64,000 bases of DNA from contig CAWHWQ010000005.1 in the NCBI GenBank assembly GCA_963833095.1, positions 128,001 to 192,000 of the forward strand, written 5' to 3'. Position numbers and translations under genes: made by a program. Positions 59,911 to 64,000 of the stretch are shown one piece after another (position 1 is the stretch's first letter; each line of letters opens with the position of its first letter). Origin of the DNA: Vulcanimicrobiota bacterium. Its GTDB lineage: Bacteria > Vulcanimicrobiota > Vulcanimicrobiia > Vulcanimicrobiales > Vulcanimicrobiaceae. The notes beneath the pieces were generated by a model that searched no databases, had not been told where the DNA came from, and worked only from the letters and a program-made list of their open reading frames with translations.

Positions 59911-61108
59911 CGAAATCCGGGCGGTCTCGCCGTGGTATCTCCAGCCGCTGCGCTGGATGGCCTACATTTGCGTCGCGTCCTATTACCGCGTCACGTGTCG
60001 GATTCGCTCATGGGGCGCCTTGCCGTACCACCGCGGGCCGACTCTGATCGTTGCAAACCATCAGCACGAACTCGAATCGCCGGTGATCGTTGCCGACCTT
60101 GGGCTACGATCGCTTTCTTGGCGCGACCCGATTTTCACCGTCTCGTCGCGGAGAATGTGGGAGCCGGGGTTCTTTGCCGAGCGTATCCCCTGGCTCGCGA
60201 TCGCGCGCGAGACGAATTTCGGTTGGCTCTTCGGCTCGATCGGCATGCAGCCGATCGAAAACGAGTTGCAATCACGCCCGTACGCGAGCATCGCCTACAC
60301 ATTGATCGGCTTGCATGGCGATCTACCGATTGAGAGCGTCTTGCGCGACAAGGCTCTCGCGCAACTTCCGCCCGGCATCGGCAAGCTCAGCGATTTGCTT
60401 ACCGCGCGCCACTTCGCGTTTGCGCGCTCCTACGTGCGCATCTCCGACCTTCTTGAACCGTATCGCGAAGGGGTAATGCGCGCAACGCGTGCGAGCATCG
60501 ACGCCGACATCGCGCATTTCGAGAATTTGCAGCGGGACGGCGCAACGATCTTTCTCACGCCCGAGGGCTTCTATAGCGGCGACGGCAAGATGCGCCCGCT
60601 GCGTGGCATTCTCGCGCGCCTCGTGCCGCTTGCGACAGTCTGGCTTGCGGCCATCAGCTACGATCCGTACGTCCGGCAACGGTTGACGATGCTCTATCGC
60701 GTAACACCGGCGACCGGCGATCTTCCGCTGGATACTCAGCTCAAGGCCGCGCGTCCGGTGACGACCAGCGCCCTACTGTGCACGTGGATTGCACAACACG
60801 ACGGAAGTTTCACCGCGCGCGATGCCGCTGCCGGTGTCACGCAGGAAGTGCAGCTTTTGCCGGCTGCCGCGTTCACGGTGCCGGAGTTACGCTCAAATCC
60901 CGATGCCGCCGTCGGAGACGCGCTGCGCGGGATGGTTCGTCTGCGCACGCTCGAGCTTCGCGACAGCGCTTACACGCTCACCTCGGAGCGCACGCACCCG
61001 CAATTTGCGCGCACACAAGATATGATCGCGTATCAGGTAAACTTTCACGCCGAAACGTTGGACGGGTTAGCGACGGCGCAAGGCGGCGGCAACCAGACGG
61101 CCGGCTAG
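59900..61108 (+). CDS. PlsC-like acyltransferase family protein
   Basis: PTLIVANHQHELE and IFLTPEG motifs; GTG start at 59900 after SD GAGGAG. Confidence 0.65.
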   Translation: MKGNEIRAVSPWYLQPLRWMAYICVASYYRVTCRIRSWGALPYHRGPTLIVANHQHELESPVIVADLGLRSLSWRDPIFTVSSRRMWEPGFFAERIPWLAIARETNFGWLFGSIGMQPIENELQSRPYASIAYTLIGLHGDLPIESVLRDKALAQLPPGIGKLSDLLTARHFAFARSYVRISDLLEPYREGVMRATRASIDADIAHFENLQRDGATIFLTPEGFYSGDGKMRPLRGILARLVPLATVWLAAISYDPYVRQRLTMLYRVTPATGDLPLDTQLKAARPVTTSALLCTWIAQHDGSFTARDAAAGVTQEVQLLPAAAFTVPELRSNPDAAVGDALRGMVRLRTLELRDSAYTLTSERTHPQFARTQDMIAYQVNFHAETLDGLATAQGGGNQTAG

Positions 61109-61672
61109 GTCTGCGCATTTCGGCGCTTCGCGCGAAAGCCACATGGCCTCGCCCCAGTTGCGCGGATTGAGAATCGCGCGGGCCGGATGCAGCCACGCAC
61201 TGGAAAGTTCGTTCTGCGGTGAGTCGAGGATCACGCGAACGACCGCAAGTGACTCGACGAGAATCCGTGCGCTCTCCATGTCGACCCCCGCGAAGCCGCG
61301 TTGCGCCCACACGGCGCGCTGCGCGCCGTTGATCAGGGTCGCGCTGGTGAGCAATGGTGCGTCCACCGGCACGCACCCGAGTTCTCGTGCCGCCCGGCGC
61401 AAACGCAGCGTCCAGTCCGGATCGCACTCGACCGTTACTCCGTCAGTCGTGCTGAGAGACGACGGGATCAGCACCGTTCCCGTCGGGAGATCCGTGCGTA
61501 AGCCGCCGGCAAGTCCGCAACTGATCGCAAGATGCCCAAGTGCCGACGCCCGGAGTCGCGCAAGGCCGATACCGGACTCGACAACCCGCGCTTGCGGCGC
61601 GTGGCGTCGCACCGCGCGCGCCTCGAGACTGGTCGCGGCGACAATCGCCGGCTCTTCAGGCGGCGTAGCCAT
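61067..61672 (-). CDS. hpnG: Hopanoid-associated phosphorylase
   Basis: SCGLAGGL, GVDMES, VRVILD; hopanoid cluster context. Confidence 0.8.
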   Translation of the reverse strand: MATPPEEPAIVAATSLEARAVRRHAPQARVVESGIGLARLRASALGHLAISCGLAGGLRTDLPTGTVLIPSSLSTTDGVTVECDPDWTLRLRRAARELGCVPVDAPLLTSATLINGAQRAVWAQRGFAGVDMESARILVESLAVVRVILDSPQNELSSAWLHPARAILNPRNWGEAMWLSREAPKCADLAGRLVAAALRRR

Positions 61673-62612
61673 GATCTCGATACCACACGATGGCGTTCAC
61701 CAGCGCATCGATGACGGGTCGCATGCGAACGCCGAGCGCCTCCTCCGTCTTCACTGAGTCAGCCGAGTCGACGAACATTTGCTTTTGCGACATCCGCACG
61801 CCTTCCAACGGAACGAAGGGCGTCGCACCGCTCACGCGGCAACGCGCTTCGTCAAACCAGGCCGCGGCATACATCAGCGGGACCGGCGCTCGCATGCGAG
61901 GCGCCGCGCGGCCGGTCAGCTCGGCAAGCAAATCCCACAGCGCATCGAAGCTGAAGTTCTCCCCGCCGATCACGAATCGTTCACCGATGGCACCGCGCTC
62001 GAGCGCGGCGACGTGCGCTTGGGCCACTTGCTCGACGTCGACGAGATTCATGCCGCCGCTCGCCGGCGGACGCGCAATCATCTTGCCGCGCATGAAGTCG
62101 ACGATCATCGCGCCGGTCGGCGTCGGTTTCCAGTCGCCCGTGCCCACCGGCGCAGTAGGCAGCACGGCGACGGTTGGGAGCCGGCTCGCAAAGGCACCGC
62201 GTTCTTGCACGATCTTCGATGCGTGGTAATCGAGTTCGTGGGAAGTAAACGCGTGCGTTTCTCCGTCGAGCGTCGCCGAGCTCGAGGTCAGCACCGCGCG
62301 TTCGACCCCGGCGAGATGCGCCGCTGCGAAGAGTCCCTCGGTGCCGAGCACGTTGGTCCGGCGCATCGCCGTACGGTCCCGCGGTCCGAACGAGTACTGC
62401 GCGGCGCAATGCACCAGATAGCGACAGCCGTCAAGCGCATGCGCCAGTGCGCCGGGCCGGTTCAGATCGCCGCTGACGATTTCAGCGCCTTCCACCGGCG
62501 CCATCGGCCCGCGGGCCAAAGCCCGGACGCGGTAGCCGGCATCAAGAAGCGCACGTAGAACGTGCGCTCCAACGAAACCTGACCCGCCTGTTAGGAAGAC
62601 TAAATCCCGCAC
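61656..62612 (-). CDS. hpnA: Hopanoid-associated NAD-dependent epimerase/dehydratase
   Basis: TGGSGFVG, YHASK, PTAPVG..D.KPTPTG. Confidence 0.85.
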   Translation of the reverse strand: MRDLVFLTGGSGFVGAHVLRALLDAGYRVRALARGPMAPVEGAEIVSGDLNRPGALAHALDGCRYLVHCAAQYSFGPRDRTAMRRTNVLGTEGLFAAAHLAGVERAVLTSSSATLDGETHAFTSHELDYHASKIVQERGAFASRLPTVAVLPTAPVGTGDWKPTPTGAMIVDFMRGKMIARPPASGGMNLVDVEQVAQAHVAALERGAIGERFVIGGENFSFDALWDLLAELTGRAAPRMRAPVPLMYAAAWFDEARCRVSGATPFVPLEGVRMSQKQMFVDSADSVKTEEALGVRMRPVIDALVNAIVWYRDHGYAA

Positions 62613-62627
62613 GATGGCGGAACCATC

Positions 62628-63635
62628 TTAACGGGTTCCAATTGCCGCGCGAATCGATTCCTTGATCGAACCGGTGGTCCGAATCACTGCCGTAGGCTCG
62701 TATCCGCAGTGCGCCATGCAGTTGTTGCAGCTGGGGTGCTTACCGCGACCGTACTTTTCCCAATCGGTCTCTTCGATCAATTCCTTGTACGTCTTGGCGT
62801 AAGGCGCGTCGCTCATCAGATAGCATGGACGCTGCCAGCCGAACACCGTGTAGCAGGGGATCCCCCACGGCGTGCACTCGAAATCGACCTTGCCCTCCAG
62901 GAAATCCAGATAGAGCGGACTATGATTGAGGCGCCACTCTTTGCGCTTGTCGCCGGCGAATGCCTCACGAAAAATATCGCGCGTGCGCTCGACGCCAAGG
63001 AAGTGTTCCTGATCGGGCGCCTTCTCGTACGCGTAACCGGGCGAGATTTGCATCATGTCGACTTTCAAATCGTTATTGAGATAGTCGAGCACGGCGCGGA
63101 TCGACTTAGCGTCGTCGCGATCGAAGAACGTGGTGTTGGTAATAACCTTGAAGCCCTTCGCTTTTGCAACTTTGATCGCGGAAATCGCTTTTTCGAAAAC
63201 GCCCTCGCGACAGACCGACTCATCGTGCTCCGCCTTGAGCCCGTCGAGGTGGATCATCCACGAAAAGTAGGGCGATGGTTTGAACTGATCGATCTTCTTT
63301 TCGAGCAGCAACGCATTGGTGCAGAGAAAGACGAATTTCTTGCGCTTGAGCAGTTCTTCGACGATCTGCGGCATTTGATCGTGGATCAATGGCTCGCCGC
63401 CGGCGATCGAGACGCACGGGGCGCCGCATTCATCGACCGCCGCCATACATTCCTCGACGCTTAGACGCTTGCGTAGCACGTCGGTCGGGTGCGAAATCTT
63501 CCCGCAGCCGGCGCAAGCTAGGTTGCACTGCAGCAGGGGCTCGAGCTCCAGGACGAGAGGATACTTCTTCTCGCCACGCAGCTTTTTACCGAAGATGTAC
63601 TTTCCGACTGTTAGTTTCTCTTGTAACGAACTCAA
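62628..63635 (-). CDS. hpnH: Adenosyl-hopene transferase (radical SAM)
   Basis: LEPLLQCNLACAGCGKI, AGGEPL, ISPGYAYE, CMAHCGYEP. Confidence 0.95.
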   Translation of the reverse strand: MSSLQEKLTVGKYIFGKKLRGEKKYPLVLELEPLLQCNLACAGCGKISHPTDVLRKRLSVEECMAAVDECGAPCVSIAGGEPLIHDQMPQIVEELLKRKKFVFLCTNALLLEKKIDQFKPSPYFSWMIHLDGLKAEHDESVCREGVFEKAISAIKVAKAKGFKVITNTTFFDRDDAKSIRAVLDYLNNDLKVDMMQISPGYAYEKAPDQEHFLGVERTRDIFREAFAGDKRKEWRLNHSPLYLDFLEGKVDFECTPWGIPCYTVFGWQRPCYLMSDAPYAKTYKELIEETDWEKYGRGKHPSCNNCMAHCGYEPTAVIRTTGSIKESIRAAIGTR

Positions 63636-64000
63636 TCGCGTCTCGCTTCTCGGTCGCCAGCGCCATCAAAGGGAAGACGTGGCGATACAGATGATAGTTC
63701 AGGTAGAAATCGCGGGGAAACCCGGTCCCCGTGAAATGCGGTTCTTCCCAGGTTCCATCGTGGGTTTGAGTCTCCTTGATATAGGCAAGACCCCGCTGCG
63801 CCGGCGCATGGTCGCCTAGCCCTGCGATCTGCAGCGCGTTGACCGCCCAGGCAGTTTGCGAGGCCGTGCTCGCACCCACGCCGGCAAACGATTCGTCGAC
63901 GTACGAATGACAGCTTTCGCCCCAGCCGCCGTCCGCGTTTTGCTTCGAGATCAGCCAGGCAGCGGCACGTTCGATCATATCGCTTCCGGTGCGCAACGCC
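63586..64000 (-). CDS. shc: Squalene-hopene cyclase, C-terminal part
   Basis: QNADGGWGE QW motif, STASQTAWA, TGTGFPRDFYLNYHLY..FPL. Confidence 0.95.
   Translation of the reverse strand, partial: ALRTGSDMIERAAAWLISKQNADGGWGESCHSYVDESFAGVGASTASQTAWAVNALQIAGLGDHAPAQRGLAYIKETQTHDGTWEEPHFTGTGFPRDFYLNYHLYRHVFPLMALATEKRDAIEFVTRETNSRKVHLR

Overview
GC-rich bacterial chromosomal window with about 60 genes and no rRNA, tRNA, CRISPR array or intact transposase/integrase that I could recognise. Gene content and lineage-style secreted proteins suggest Ca. Eremiobacterota/Vulcanimicrobiota (inference only). In order: aldehyde/alcohol dehydrogenases, NRAMP transporter and a ba3-type cytochrome c oxidase operon (including an unannotated 41-aa subunit IIa); SRAP; a large lipoprotein; a two-permease RND system; oxyR; PhzF; pxpBCA with a lactate monooxygenase-like gene; VIT1; FUSC; ettA; a VPS10/BNR protein; a two-component system divergent from two tandem HiPIP genes and a type III PKS/methyltransferase pair; a PadR-led beta-oxidation operon; a thioredoxin-TPR gene plus PQQ/cytochrome c dehydrogenase; a small variable island (ATLF-like peptidase with a duplicated 3' end, truncated ECF42 sigma, YciI); MarR-MFS; ygiD; and hopanoid genes (shc, hpnH, hpnA, hpnG). 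Two stretches (31.8-33.5 kb and 43.3-51.0 kb) carry many single-base frameshifts, most likely assembly indels. Best leads: a hidden putative selenoprotein (UGGC thioredoxin-TPR with a SECIS-like hairpin) directly upstream of an atypical PQQ-haem c lipoprotein; the tandem HiPIP-type III PKS operon; a REP-like element in frame inside a gene; repeated leaderless promoter architecture; and several unannotated microproteins. All family calls come from motif recognition by eye, not from database searches.
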